Positions 37,582 to 47,150 of a DNA stretch of 64,000 nt are shown in pieces. The stretch covers positions 1 to 64,000 of the IMG/VR virus record IMGVR_UViG_3300013104_000001, one strand, 5' to 3'. Made by a program: the position numbers and the translations under genes. The notes beneath the pieces are model-generated. The model saw only the letters and a list, made by a program, of their open reading frames with translations, was not told the DNA's origin and did no database searches. The first letter of the stretch is position 1, and every line of letters begins with the position of its first letter.

Positions 37582-40086
37582 ATGCTGATAAAATTTATCG
37601 AACTATACAATTACCAGCGGTTGAAGAACAAAGGGATCAACCGCGTCAGCATCCGGTTCACTGAAGTCGTGCAGGTAATTCTGGGTAAGAATGGTAGTGG
37701 TAAATCTTCTTTAGTACGGGAACTTTCACCTCTACCTCCTGCTAACGACGAATATGACAAGGGTGGTTATAAACACATTGTCATTGAGCATAAAGGCGCT
37801 GAGTACGAACTGTATTCAACACCAGGTTCTCCTTCTCGTCACAGTTTCAAAATTAAACGTGATGGAGTTGAAACCGAACTGAACGAATCCATGACCATGA
37901 ACGCACAGAGCATTCTGGTTAAGGAGCATTTCGGGTACACCAAAGAGATTCACGAGTTATTACTTGGCATGGTCAACGGTGTTGCCTTTACAAGTATGAC
38001 ACCGCAGAAGCGGCGTGAATGGTTTACCATGCTGCACCCGACAGACATGTCGTTTGTCACTGAGCTGCATCAGCTATTGAAGACAGTCCTGCGCGATACC
38101 AAAGGCGGGATTAAAACTGGTAACAGTCACCTGACTGATCTTTACGGTCAACGTAAAGACGGAATGGATATTGACGGTCAACAACGTCAGCTTGATCAAA
38201 TTCAATCGCGGCGTGATCGTATTGCTCAATTTGTTAGTAATGAGATTTCCGGTAATAACTATCAGCAGCATATCGATGATGATGTGGTGGTATTACGTCA
38301 GATGGGCGACCAGTATCAACGTTCACCGTTATCGCTTTCTCAACAGTACACTTCACGTGGCGAGATCCTCAGTAAGCTTGAGTATTGCCAGAGTGAACTC
38401 AGTAAGCTGCAGTATGCACAAAAGACCCATTCAAACGAACTCTCTGAGCTTGCAAAGAATGAAGCCTTTAGCAGCGGGAATGTTGAGAAAGATAAAGCGG
38501 AGTTAGAAGCATCGAAGTTACAGGTTGCTGAACTGATCGAACAGAGCCGACTTATTCATGAAGACGCACTCAATCGGTTAGGTGATGATCCGTTATGGCA
38601 GAAGATGTATCAAATGCCGTATGATTCGGTCCGTGTGCTGTTATCGCAATTAGAACATCTCATTGACTACCTGTTACGTATGGTGGTCTTAGATGACCGC
38701 ACAGTGACGATTACGCAATATGACAAAGTTCGTCGTTTGCAGTATGACCTCACATCGGCAATTGAAGTGTTAGAGCAGGATGATGCGAAATACACGCACA
38801 AGCTCAATCACTTTAACAATGCAGATAAAACAGAGTGTCCGGCATGTCATCATCGTTGGGTGCCTGGCGTAACTGAACATCAGGTTGAGGATATTCGTAC
38901 CAAACACACCACGCTTGTTGTTGAACTTGCAGCACGTCGTGATCGTTTGAAGAAATGTAACGAATATCTGGAAAGTAACGAGACCTGGTATCAGGCGGCA
39001 ATGCGTTATTTGCGCTACACCGAATCAATGCCTGAATGTCGTGAGATATTCGAATGGTTAATGGCAAACGATGTGCTGTATGAAGGTAACCGTCGTTATG
39101 CTACTATCCTGCCCGCGATTAAACATGGTATCCAAGCACGTGAGAACTACCTGTCCGATACGCAACGTTTAGTGCAGATTGAGAACAAACTCAAGCTGTT
39201 CACTGATGATGCGATTGAATGGTGGAAACGTCGTCATAACGAGCATGAAGAAGCCTTGTCCAGAACCATCACTGAGATGCGGGTTGTACAGGCTGAGATT
39301 GCACGGTTAGGGGCAGACTTACGTAAAGCAGATGATGCCGTGATTGCCTCAGAGGTCTTGCAGGCTACCATGGCACGGATTCGTGAGAACACCGGCTTGT
39401 TAGCCCGTCAAGCTATTAATGATGCAGCGAACAATGAATACCGTGAATTAGGTGAGCAACATAAGGCCATCAATGCAGGCCTCTATAACGCCCGCTCGCT
39501 TGAAGGAACCATCAGTAGCACTGAGTCTCACCTTACATCATTGAACGCCTCAGAGAAGGCCCTGCAGCTTCTGGTAAAGGCAACTTCGCCAACCGAAGGG
39601 ATTGTCGCAGAAGAACTCTCTGAATTTATTGGTACGTTCGTTGATGAGATGAATCAGATCATTGAAGAGATCTGGGGAGATACATTACGTATTCTTCCTT
39701 GTAACATGGAGAACGGGGATTTATCCTTTAAGTTTCCATTGATCTCTGGTGAGTTTGACGGTGGGGCAAAAGACATCTCTGATAGTTCGACAGGTGAGGC
39801 ACAGATCATCAACTATGTGTTCCGTTTGGTGGTTATGTCATACCTGGGCTTTGAGCAGTATCCGTTGCACATGGATGAGGCGGGTGCTAACTTTGATGTG
39901 GCACATCGTCCAGCGTTGATGAACTATATCAAACGTGCAGCTGATTCTGGTACCTATTCACAGATCTTCTTGATATCGCACTACATCACGAACCACGGCG
40001 TAATGACACATGCCGAAACCTGTGCTCTGACTGTCGACGGGGTAACCTTACCTGAACACTACAACGAGCATGTTGAGATAGAATAA
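37582..40086 (+). CDS. SbcC/Rad50-like SMC-family ATPase
   Basis: Walker A GKNGSGKSS, coiled coils with CPAC zinc hook, DSSTGE signature, Walker B LHMDE, D-loop, ISH. Confidence 0.92.
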   Translation: MLIKFIELYNYQRLKNKGINRVSIRFTEVVQVILGKNGSGKSSLVRELSPLPPANDEYDKGGYKHIVIEHKGAEYELYSTPGSPSRHSFKIKRDGVETELNESMTMNAQSILVKEHFGYTKEIHELLLGMVNGVAFTSMTPQKRREWFTMLHPTDMSFVTELHQLLKTVLRDTKGGIKTGNSHLTDLYGQRKDGMDIDGQQRQLDQIQSRRDRIAQFVSNEISGNNYQQHIDDDVVVLRQMGDQYQRSPLSLSQQYTSRGEILSKLEYCQSELSKLQYAQKTHSNELSELAKNEAFSSGNVEKDKAELEASKLQVAELIEQSRLIHEDALNRLGDDPLWQKMYQMPYDSVRVLLSQLEHLIDYLLRMVVLDDRTVTITQYDKVRRLQYDLTSAIEVLEQDDAKYTHKLNHFNNADKTECPACHHRWVPGVTEHQVEDIRTKHTTLVVELAARRDRLKKCNEYLESNETWYQAAMRYLRYTESMPECREIFEWLMANDVLYEGNRRYATILPAIKHGIQARENYLSDTQRLVQIENKLKLFTDDAIEWWKRRHNEHEEALSRTITEMRVVQAEIARLGADLRKADDAVIASEVLQATMARIRENTGLLARQAINDAANNEYRELGEQHKAINAGLYNARSLEGTISSTESHLTSLNASEKALQLLVKATSPTEGIVAEELSEFIGTFVDEMNQIIEEIWGDTLRILPCNMENGDLSFKFPLISGEFDGGAKDISDSSTGEAQIINYVFRLVVMSYLGFEQYPLHMDEAGANFDVAHRPALMNYIKRAADSGTYSQIFLISHYITNHGVMTHAETCALTVDGVTLPEHYNEHVEIE

Positions 40087-40090
40087 TCAT

Positions 40091-40114
40091 GGGGAGGGCA
40101 ACCTCCCCTTTATG
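40091..40114 (+). terminator. hairpin + TTTATG element
   Basis: GGGGAGG-GCAA-CCTCCCC-TTTATG. Confidence 0.65.
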
Positions 40115-40125
40115 AGGGCTTTGCT

Positions 40126-40446
40126 ATGTTGACCCCTGATCAGCAGCGTTTTTTCTTTCAAGCCGTTGTAGGTAAGTTAGAACAGTGTTTTGAAGATTAC
40201 TTTGAACAATCCATGAGTTTGAGCATTGAGTCGATGGCGGTCATGGCGCAGGTTCGTTATAACGAATGTATCCGAGAGTTGATCGCCGCCTTCCCTATTA
40301 AAGAAGTGCGCCAATACGTAGACCAGCTCTATGTGAAGTGTGAAGTTGACAACGGCACGGTTAAAGTCATCTACTCAGAGCAGCTGAGCCTGATGGGTAC
40401 CGGTGAAGCAACACTTGGAGTGGCTCATGTCAAACATCCCCGCTAA
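40126..40446 (+). CDS. hypothetical protein
   Basis: GAGGG RBS; 106 aa ORF. Confidence 0.65.
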   Translation: MLTPDQQRFFFQAVVGKLEQCFEDYFEQSMSLSIESMAVMAQVRYNECIRELIAAFPIKEVRQYVDQLYVKCEVDNGTVKVIYSEQLSLMGTGEATLGVAHVKHPR

Positions 40447-41881
40447 TCTCTACTTTGGACCTGAGCTTCCACTCGATGCTATTCCAGGTGCTATCTTTAA
40501 TGACGGCGTGTGCTTGTATCGTGGTGGCGAATATGGCTGGATGTACATGTGCCATGTTTCAACGGTACAAAAAACAGAGAACTCACCTCTGGCGGATTAT
40601 GCCGTTGCGATCCCTGAAGGTACTCTCGCTACTTTAAATGAACCAATGGCGTATTATCGCAGCAATACCTGGCTGTCGCTTTCTAATAAGGTAGAGGGCC
40701 CGAAGGTACTCGGTATATTACATGAAAAGTATGTCCATAGCGAACTGGGTGTTAAACTCGAGCTTATCCCTGATGACTCTGTTTATGTTTATATTCAGCC
40801 AGCAGGAGAGCGTGAATGGGCGGCTGACTTTAATGCACTGAAGTTGTTTTACCGACACAACGGCGAAGATTATTTGCTCGACTCAGAACTGTACGTCCCT
40901 GTTAATATGGTTAGTGAGTGTGTTAATAGATGGTTGGCCGAGGAGAAACCATATATGCCATATTTAGATTTGGACATATCGGCACGTTTTGCGGTAAACA
41001 CCGATAAACCGCCATCACCAGGTGATAACTGGATTGACAGCGAGTTCAACGAGTTTGTATTTGATGCTGACCGGATGTGGATACCTATCGGTAAGATTGC
41101 ATTTAATTATCGAGGCAGCATGTTATCTGGTATTGATGTCCTGCGTTTGCGCGGACCTCATAAAACGGGTGATGCATATCTCGTCGATAACTTCATGTAT
41201 ATCTACAACGACATTGTTAATCGTTTTGTGGTAATCCAATGTGCGCCAGGCAGCGATGACGTACCTTTCAACTTCTATCCACCGGAGGCATTAGAACCTA
41301 TTCCGATGCAGGGGATCTATCGTCGTGATTTCGATACACTTCCTTGCGAGCCAAATGGTTGTGGATGGATCATTGTAGAACTGGACGGAAAACACTCTTT
41401 ATATAACCAGTATGGTCTTCTGGTTGAAGTTGACTTACCGAAATGTTCTATATTCCCGGAAGGTAAACGTGCCCCTATGGTTGTCATGGGTCCGTTGCAT
41501 TATCGTGATGCGTGCTACCAATGGGATGGTTTTGACCCGGAAGATGGTGATGTTTGGTTAAATGAAAAACAACTGTACACTTATCATGAAGGTACATGGC
41601 GTGTTCTGCCAGCAGGCGTTCCTTATACGCGCCGTCATAACTCACTGGCAATGAAGGTAGAAGAACTCAAAGAGCGAATTAAGCTTGGTCACGACATGAA
41701 CAACCCGTTGTTGTCGCAGCAGGCTAAAGATCAGCTCTTTGAAGAACAGCATCGTCAGTATGAAGTAGAAGCTGCGTTGAAACAAGAAAGGCTTACTGAG
41801 CAGGAAAGACAGAAGCAGTTTGAACGAGCCCATCCATTCAGAACCTGGATTCGTCGACTGCGCTCATCTAAACCACGGTAA
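40427..41881 (+). CDS. hypothetical protein with GD-W/Y-aromatic repeats and C-terminal coiled coil
   Basis: GGAG before ATG 40427; PGDNW, TGDAY..YIY, DGDVW...LYTY...W modules. Confidence 0.75.
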   Translation: MSNIPANLYFGPELPLDAIPGAIFNDGVCLYRGGEYGWMYMCHVSTVQKTENSPLADYAVAIPEGTLATLNEPMAYYRSNTWLSLSNKVEGPKVLGILHEKYVHSELGVKLELIPDDSVYVYIQPAGEREWAADFNALKLFYRHNGEDYLLDSELYVPVNMVSECVNRWLAEEKPYMPYLDLDISARFAVNTDKPPSPGDNWIDSEFNEFVFDADRMWIPIGKIAFNYRGSMLSGIDVLRLRGPHKTGDAYLVDNFMYIYNDIVNRFVVIQCAPGSDDVPFNFYPPEALEPIPMQGIYRRDFDTLPCEPNGCGWIIVELDGKHSLYNQYGLLVEVDLPKCSIFPEGKRAPMVVMGPLHYRDACYQWDGFDPEDGDVWLNEKQLYTYHEGTWRVLPAGVPYTRRHNSLAMKVEELKERIKLGHDMNNPLLSQQAKDQLFEEQHRQYEVEAALKQERLTEQERQKQFERAHPFRTWIRRLRSSKPR

Positions 41882-41899
41882 GTTGCAAATCATTTTATT

Positions 41900-41909
41900 C
41901 CTACATTAC
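41900..41909 (+). promoter_or_regulatory. candidate phage promoter CCTACATTAC
   Basis: Second copy; 27 nt upstream of ATG 41937. Confidence 0.55.
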
Positions 41910-41936
41910 AAATGTGGTGTAGTTAGCGAGGTTATC

Positions 41937-42281
41937 ATGCTGGTTACTTTATCTGTTGGTCATCTGACACACAGGGCGCATAACGCCTTGCAGAATACCG
42001 ACTATGCGTTCACACCTGCAGAAATCTTGAATGCAGCAGTGCACTGTATTAATGGTGACATTGATTGCGCGATGGATAATTTGTTTGGTGAGATCAATAA
42101 GTTAGATGATAGCTTCGCTGACCTACCTTACGACACAGCATCTGATCGAGTTCTAATGGACGTGATCAAGCGAACCAGTCGTGAGATTAACACTACACTG
42201 TATCGGCTATGTAATGGGGTTATGCTCCCGCGTTTTGTAAATGCGGGACAGCATCACCTCACCTTAACCCTTGAAGAGTAG
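41937..42281 (+). CDS. hypothetical protein
   Basis: GAGGT RBS before ATG 41937 (ORF track start 41820 overlaps the previous gene and the promoter motif). Confidence 0.7.
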   Translation: MLVTLSVGHLTHRAHNALQNTDYAFTPAEILNAAVHCINGDIDCAMDNLFGEINKLDDSFADLPYDTASDRVLMDVIKRTSREINTTLYRLCNGVMLPRFVNAGQHHLTLTLEE

Positions 42282-42293
42282 GAAATAAAAACT

Positions 42294-42797
42294 ATGAGTA
42301 ATGTACAGGAGCTCGGGAAGCGCGTAAGCGTCGGGATGGATTTCTCCACCGACATCGTAAAAGCAAAAGAGAGCAGCACAGAAATTGCACGGAGAATGGC
42401 CATGTCGTTGCAACATCAGCAGGAATTCCAAAAACTTTTCAAAGCGCGTGCCAAAGAGTGCACGGATGGTTTTGACAAGTGGCGGTTACAACAAACTGAG
42501 AACCCGTTCTTCCAGCAAACTGCACGTCAGAAGCTGGTAGGGATTGCCATCGATATCTATCAGAAACTTTCCAAAGAAGAAGTGGGTCCTGAGACGCGCT
42601 CTGAATTGATTAAGTGGGCGGAAGATAACGAAGTAATCATGATCAACCACGTAGTCGGATTGCAACTGTACAAGCGTATAGTCGGCGAACTTAGTGCAGA
42701 TACCCAATTGATGATCACGACCAGTCATCACCACGGTATCGACGATGTCGCTTTCTCCTTTAAGCTGCCAGGGGCAAAACGGTCTTATCTTATATAA
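42294..42797 (+). CDS. hypothetical protein
   Basis: AGGAAA RBS; helical 167 aa ORF. Confidence 0.7.
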   Translation: MSNVQELGKRVSVGMDFSTDIVKAKESSTEIARRMAMSLQHQQEFQKLFKARAKECTDGFDKWRLQQTENPFFQQTARQKLVGIAIDIYQKLSKEEVGPETRSELIKWAEDNEVIMINHVVGLQLYKRIVGELSADTQLMITTSHHHGIDDVAFSFKLPGAKRSYLI

Positions 42798-42803
42798 GGT
42801 GTC

Positions 42804-43136
42804 GTGATGAAGCTGCAATATCACGCAGTCATCCCAGTGCCCTCTATGCGCGTTGTTGCGCGAGACCTTGAAATCTCTACCGATCATTTGATGCGTGTAG
42901 CGATTGAATGGATAGAGGGTAATGACTACCAAGTGATGCGTCGAATCCAGGAACTCCCTTGCAATACCGACTCGGACATGACCCAGGCTATATTAGCTTC
43001 GGTCATGCGAGTGGCGGAGGAATTCCTCTCGTTTATGCCTGAAATTAGTTTAGGTCAACATATGCGAGATATCTATTTGATAACAGCTCACACTCAAACA
43101 GCTTATGTCGGATTCGCAATCTGCGATGATGAGTGA
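42804..43136 (+). CDS. hypothetical protein
   Basis: AAGGT RBS; contiguous operon. Confidence 0.65.
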   Translation: MMKLQYHAVIPVPSMRVVARDLEISTDHLMRVAIEWIEGNDYQVMRRIQELPCNTDSDMTQAILASVMRVAEEFLSFMPEISLGQHMRDIYLITAHTQTAYVGFAICDDE

Positions 43137-43142
43137 AACCCC

Positions 43143-43577
43143 ATGATCGAAACTAACAATTACCACAACATCATTTGCATCGTCCAATCGGATGAAGCAA
43201 GTAAAGCATGGGCGGAGTTCTCTCAGCTTGTGATGGAAAACCCTGAGCTTCAGATCAAGCGAGACGTGTTTGAATTCGTCTTGAACAAAATCCTGGCAAC
43301 CCGTACCTTCGAAGTCGATGCCATGGACGAAGCAGTTAATGCGATCCAAAAAGCAGCGAGCAGTCCACTAACTGAAGAAGCAGTCAGTTGGTTTATTGAC
43401 TCGGTGGATCAAATTGCTGTGGCCTTGAAACGTGCCATACCGACACTCGCCCCAGGTATAAAAGGCCATGTGGTGAAATGTGTCCTTATGGATCACAACA
43501 AACGTAACTTCACTCTGAACGTTACTATCCTCGAACCATCAACCAATAAGGAACCATTTACAGTTATTCACTTCTGA
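43143..43577 (+). CDS. hypothetical protein
   Basis: Contiguous operon. Confidence 0.65.
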   Translation: MIETNNYHNIICIVQSDEASKAWAEFSQLVMENPELQIKRDVFEFVLNKILATRTFEVDAMDEAVNAIQKAASSPLTEEAVSWFIDSVDQIAVALKRAIPTLAPGIKGHVVKCVLMDHNKRNFTLNVTILEPSTNKEPFTVIHF

Positions 43578-43651
43578 CTTAAGCGAAGTGACCAAGGCCG
43601 TGGGGGTATAAGCCTCCACTTAAAGAACCACGACTTCGGTAAAAACCAAAA

Positions 43652-44419
43652 ATGAAGAAAATCACCACTCTCTTTACTTCTCTGGCACTGATGATGTGCC
43701 TCTTCGTTACTTACACGCAACACGCTCATGCGAGCAGCTCTGCGAAACCTACCGTAGAGTTTAACCAAACCGGTTGGGACAACAACAAAGCAGCAATGGC
43801 TAAAGCCGCAGTTGCTTCAGGTGTGCCACTGGGCGAACTTGTTTCATTCTTCTCTATTGAGTCGGGTATGAAAGCCGGCGTTAAGAACACCGGTGGATAC
43901 TCAAGTGCAGCGGGACTTGGTGGGATGACAAAATCCACCTTTAAATCGTTAATGCGCGATCACCGCCAGAAGTACGGGTTAAGCAAAAACGTGTCTCGTT
44001 TTAATGCCTATGCTAATGCCGCTATGACGGCCGAGTACATTAAGCAGAACAGGAGCCTTCTACAGCAGGCACTAAAACGTGATATCACCACATCCGAAGT
44101 CTATATGGCACACTTCGTTGGACCGGGTACTGCAATCAAAGTACTCAAAGCCAGGGGTAACAGGCCGATCACCTCTGTAGTCAGTGTCTCCCGTGGGAAT
44201 GCACGATTGTTCTACAATAAAGGTCGACCATTAACTGTTGCCCAGTTCAGAGCCAGTATGGATCGTAAAGTGGCTAACCATAGTCGTGTGTATAAACCCA
44301 CGGCCGTAAAGTACGCCGCTCGCTACGAGCAAAATAAACGACTCGACGATCTTGTCGCCAAGCTCGATGATAAGCCAGCGAATATAGGGTTTAGTACGGC
44401 TTACGTAAGAAATATGTAA
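43652..44419 (+). CDS. lytic transglycosylase (SLT-like) with Sec signal peptide; endolysin candidate
   Basis: Signal peptide ending AHA; catalytic IESG, SSAAGL, YMAHFVGPG as in the phiKZ gp144 catalytic domain. Confidence 0.85.
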   Translation: MKKITTLFTSLALMMCLFVTYTQHAHASSSAKPTVEFNQTGWDNNKAAMAKAAVASGVPLGELVSFFSIESGMKAGVKNTGGYSSAAGLGGMTKSTFKSLMRDHRQKYGLSKNVSRFNAYANAAMTAEYIKQNRSLLQQALKRDITTSEVYMAHFVGPGTAIKVLKARGNRPITSVVSVSRGNARLFYNKGRPLTVAQFRASMDRKVANHSRVYKPTAVKYAARYEQNKRLDDLVAKLDDKPANIGFSTAYVRNM

Positions 44420-44450
44420 TTTCGTACATAGATCACTGATAATATAGTTT

Positions 44451-44489
44451 AGGAGAAGCGCAGGCTTCTCCTGCTATGCCGTCTTTTTT
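44451..44489 (+). terminator. hairpin + TATGCCG element
   Basis: AGGAGAAGC-GCAG-GCTTCTCCT-GC-TATGCCGTCTTTTTT. Confidence 0.8.
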
Positions 44490-44503
44490 ATAAAGGGATA
44501 AAT

Positions 44504-45403
44504 ATGGCGCGGTCGTTGATTGCTTTTACAGGTGGGTTGGACTCAACCTATGTGTTAGAAGAAGAACTAAAGAAGGGTCATGAAGTAGAAGTGATGTATG
44601 GCGCAGTGAGTCAGTGTGAGCAGGCAATCATTGCAGAGATAACCTGCCGGCGGCGTATATTGGAACACTTCTACAAGAAATACCCTAATCAGATTAAAGA
44701 TGAATGGGTGAATATCAACATCCCGGTTCATATCTCGCAGATACCAATCGAAGAGAAACGTCCGCAGATTGTTCAGCAGTCAAACACTATGATGGCGTTA
44801 CTTCAGGTCATACTGAGCTCAGAGGTGTCGTGGTATCGACCAATGGTGGGTTGGCACTATCAAGACGTGTTAGAGGGCGATCCTAATCAAGGTACGAGTG
44901 AGGAATCACTCTTTATGCTGAAGGATAGTTTGTTACCGTTGCTGCGTCTAATGGATCCAAGACGACGGGGGTCCATAAGTAAATTAATGACACCTGCCTG
45001 GAGCATTGAAAAGATCGATATGTGGAACTCGCTGGATGAGTGGACACAAAAGAATATCTGTCTTGACTACTGGTATAGTTATCATGATCGAGGAGATGGT
45101 AATCTTTTAATGTCAGCGGGTAATTTTCTCGGGGGCGGGTCACCAAAGTTCGCAGAGTATGCCAAGATGGGTATTAATGTCGTTAAAGGTGTTTCAGCAA
45201 GCTATGGGTTATTAACTGACTTAGATCGTTTCTTCATTGCTAAGAAATGTGCTAGCGATTGCCGCGATCTGTCGTTAGTTAAACAATGTGTTAAACGTAC
45301 CGCGCCTGTATTAGATGTATTTACATTGGGCTATGCAGTTAACCCAGTGCATCTTAATAACATGGTGAACTACAGACTTCAACTAAGTAAAGGAACAAGT
45401 TAA
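44504..45403 (+). CDS. QueC-like PP-loop (adenine nucleotide alpha-hydrolase) protein
   Basis: N-terminal IAFTGGLDST PP-loop, GHEV, TPAW..EK.DMW; no clear C-terminal CxxCxxC zinc site. Confidence 0.7.
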   Translation: MARSLIAFTGGLDSTYVLEEELKKGHEVEVMYGAVSQCEQAIIAEITCRRRILEHFYKKYPNQIKDEWVNINIPVHISQIPIEEKRPQIVQQSNTMMALLQVILSSEVSWYRPMVGWHYQDVLEGDPNQGTSEESLFMLKDSLLPLLRLMDPRRRGSISKLMTPAWSIEKIDMWNSLDEWTQKNICLDYWYSYHDRGDGNLLMSAGNFLGGGSPKFAEYAKMGINVVKGVSASYGLLTDLDRFFIAKKCASDCRDLSLVKQCVKRTAPVLDVFTLGYAVNPVHLNNMVNYRLQLSKGTS

Positions 45404-45404
45404 C

Positions 45405-45839
45405 ATGGCTATGTTAATTGAATTGCACAAAGTTGCGGGATTAACCGTAACCGATGGCACGGAACCTAACCGGCGAGACATTCTGATTAATGAAACAGGG
45501 CAGTGGTTTCAAGTAACGCTGTCAGAAGGAATTGTCAACCTACTGAGGGATATGGTCCCGGATAGCACTCACTGGCTTTTATACGGTCAGGGTAAAGCTG
45601 CTATGGTGCGAGTAGAATGCCCAACGATTGATTTCATTCCAGCGACCCGTGAAGTCATTAAATTAATTAACAAACATGACAGCGATAATCCGATCGCGCT
45701 GATTCCGCTTTCAGTCATTGAAGTCAATCAAGACAAAACAGTGGCCAAGGTATTTGCGCCGTTCAAATCAGAGACATGGGAGCTCCAGTCATACCCCAAT
45801 GAAAACTGGCGTTTGAATCTCAACGTTCTGAAAGATTGA
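45405..45839 (+). CDS. hypothetical protein
   Basis: AAGGA RBS; contiguous with the upstream gene. Confidence 0.7.
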   Translation: MAMLIELHKVAGLTVTDGTEPNRRDILINETGQWFQVTLSEGIVNLLRDMVPDSTHWLLYGQGKAAMVRVECPTIDFIPATREVIKLINKHDSDNPIALIPLSVIEVNQDKTVAKVFAPFKSETWELQSYPNENWRLNLNVLKD

Positions 45840-45897
45840 TTATTTGTATTCATTAACATTTCGTAAGTATTATCTGTAAATTACCCTGGAGTGAATT

Positions 45898-46356
45898 ATG
45901 TTTAACACATCGTTGAATCAGTCTGGTTCCGTTATTAACCCACCGGTGTTCCGTGACGTGGTCATTATGACGCCTGAACAACTGAGTGAGTATTCGATCA
46001 ACGTCTACGATATCATGGCAGCTAACAACACCATTTTCAAAGGTGAGTTTGGTAGTGCCTCTATTCCGCCAAAAGATGATTTCATGCGCGCTTATCTCCG
46101 TCCGTGGGATGCAACGGATGAAATCAATAAGTACCTGCAGGTAAATGAAAGCAACCTGGGCTGCATGGTTGACCAAGTTCAATTAGACAGCGAAGGTCGT
46201 CTGGTTGGTCGTCTGATTCCGTTTGGTATCCATGCCAACAAATTGATTAAAGCCTTTAACGCCAGTACCGAACGCAAGACCAAGTACAAAGTGTACCCGC
46301 GTCTTAAATGGGACAATGGCTGGAAGTTTACTACCTTTGATGTCGGGTATGCGTAA
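45898..46356 (+). CDS. hypothetical protein; possible degenerate T4 gp21-type prohead-protease fold
   Basis: GEFG..., V.ESN...VDQV.LD, GRL.PFG..A..L pattern; catalytic His/Ser positions not retained. Confidence 0.45.
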   Translation: MFNTSLNQSGSVINPPVFRDVVIMTPEQLSEYSINVYDIMAANNTIFKGEFGSASIPPKDDFMRAYLRPWDATDEINKYLQVNESNLGCMVDQVQLDSEGRLVGRLIPFGIHANKLIKAFNASTERKTKYKVYPRLKWDNGWKFTTFDVGYA

Positions 46357-46697
46357 TGGTTACCCATTATGTTCGCAAAGACTCCGATATACCACTGACT
46401 GGCAGAGCTGTTAGATTGGTTGTAGTGCGTGTTGCCGAACAGTATCAAGATGTTGAGCTCTCTATCAATGACCCCCGGCAGCGTGTGAGTATTATTCATC
46501 GCCAACCAAAGGATGTTGATCGACCTCCTTTTATTGCAACCAAGTGGTATGAACTTCGTCGTGTTGAGCAGACAAGCAATGGTTGGACTTATCCCATTGT
46601 TGGTCTTTTCATGTACCCAGGTGATTTAACTGCGTACGTCGACACCCTTATTGAACGTTATGGCTTAGATCAGGAAAAACCTCATGAGCGAGTTTAA
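46356..46697 (+). CDS. hypothetical protein sharing a C-terminal module with 46684
   Basis: IPLTGR...RRVE...VGLF...D...L..RYGL. Confidence 0.65.
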   Translation: MVTHYVRKDSDIPLTGRAVRLVVVRVAEQYQDVELSINDPRQRVSIIHRQPKDVDRPPFIATKWYELRRVEQTSNGWTYPIVGLFMYPGDLTAYVDTLIERYGLDQEKPHERV

Positions 46698-47148
46698 AGA
46701 AACACACGAAATTATCGTCCGCGTAGCTGGCCCTAATAAAGCGGGTAAGACAGCGATCGCATCTGTGGTCGATAACGCCCTGCGTGCTAACGGGATTGTA
46801 TCAAAGGTTGAAAGTGATTCTTCTCTTTCTTACCTGAATGAATCCAAGAACCATGTGCCAGCCAACATCACCGTGCGTCTGATCGATGGTGACGGCGGCG
46901 TTGAGCGTGGCGCGGGTAACTTTGATGCACTGATCCCGATCAAAGGGCGCATCGAAGAAATCGTCATCAAAGCTGATGATCTCGGTCGCTTCCCACTGTA
47001 CCGCATTGAGTACATTGCCGGCGTTGATGTTACGACCTGGGTTGGTGATTTCATTGATATCGCTGATGCTGAAGAAGCTGCTATTGCGCTGGCCGTCAAA
47101 TACGGCGTTAACTGGATTGGTGTTAATTCTTTAACTGAGGAAGAGTAA
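46684..47148 (+). CDS. two-module protein: P-loop-like N-module plus module shared with 46356
   Basis: VAGPNKAGKT; IPIKGR...RIE...VGDF...D...L..KYGV. Confidence 0.65.
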   Translation: MSEFKETHEIIVRVAGPNKAGKTAIASVVDNALRANGIVSKVESDSSLSYLNESKNHVPANITVRLIDGDGGVERGAGNFDALIPIKGRIEEIVIKADDLGRFPLYRIEYIAGVDVTTWVGDFIDIADAEEAAIALAVKYGVNWIGVNSLTEEE

Positions 47149-47150
47149 TC

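Noticed and set aside
12097-45884. AAATTAC-like boxes (12097, 27438, 45877) resembling phiKZ middle promoters
   Set aside because: Two lie only 12-13 nt from start codons, incompatible with a box about 24 nt upstream of a start site; short AT-rich words are expected by chance.
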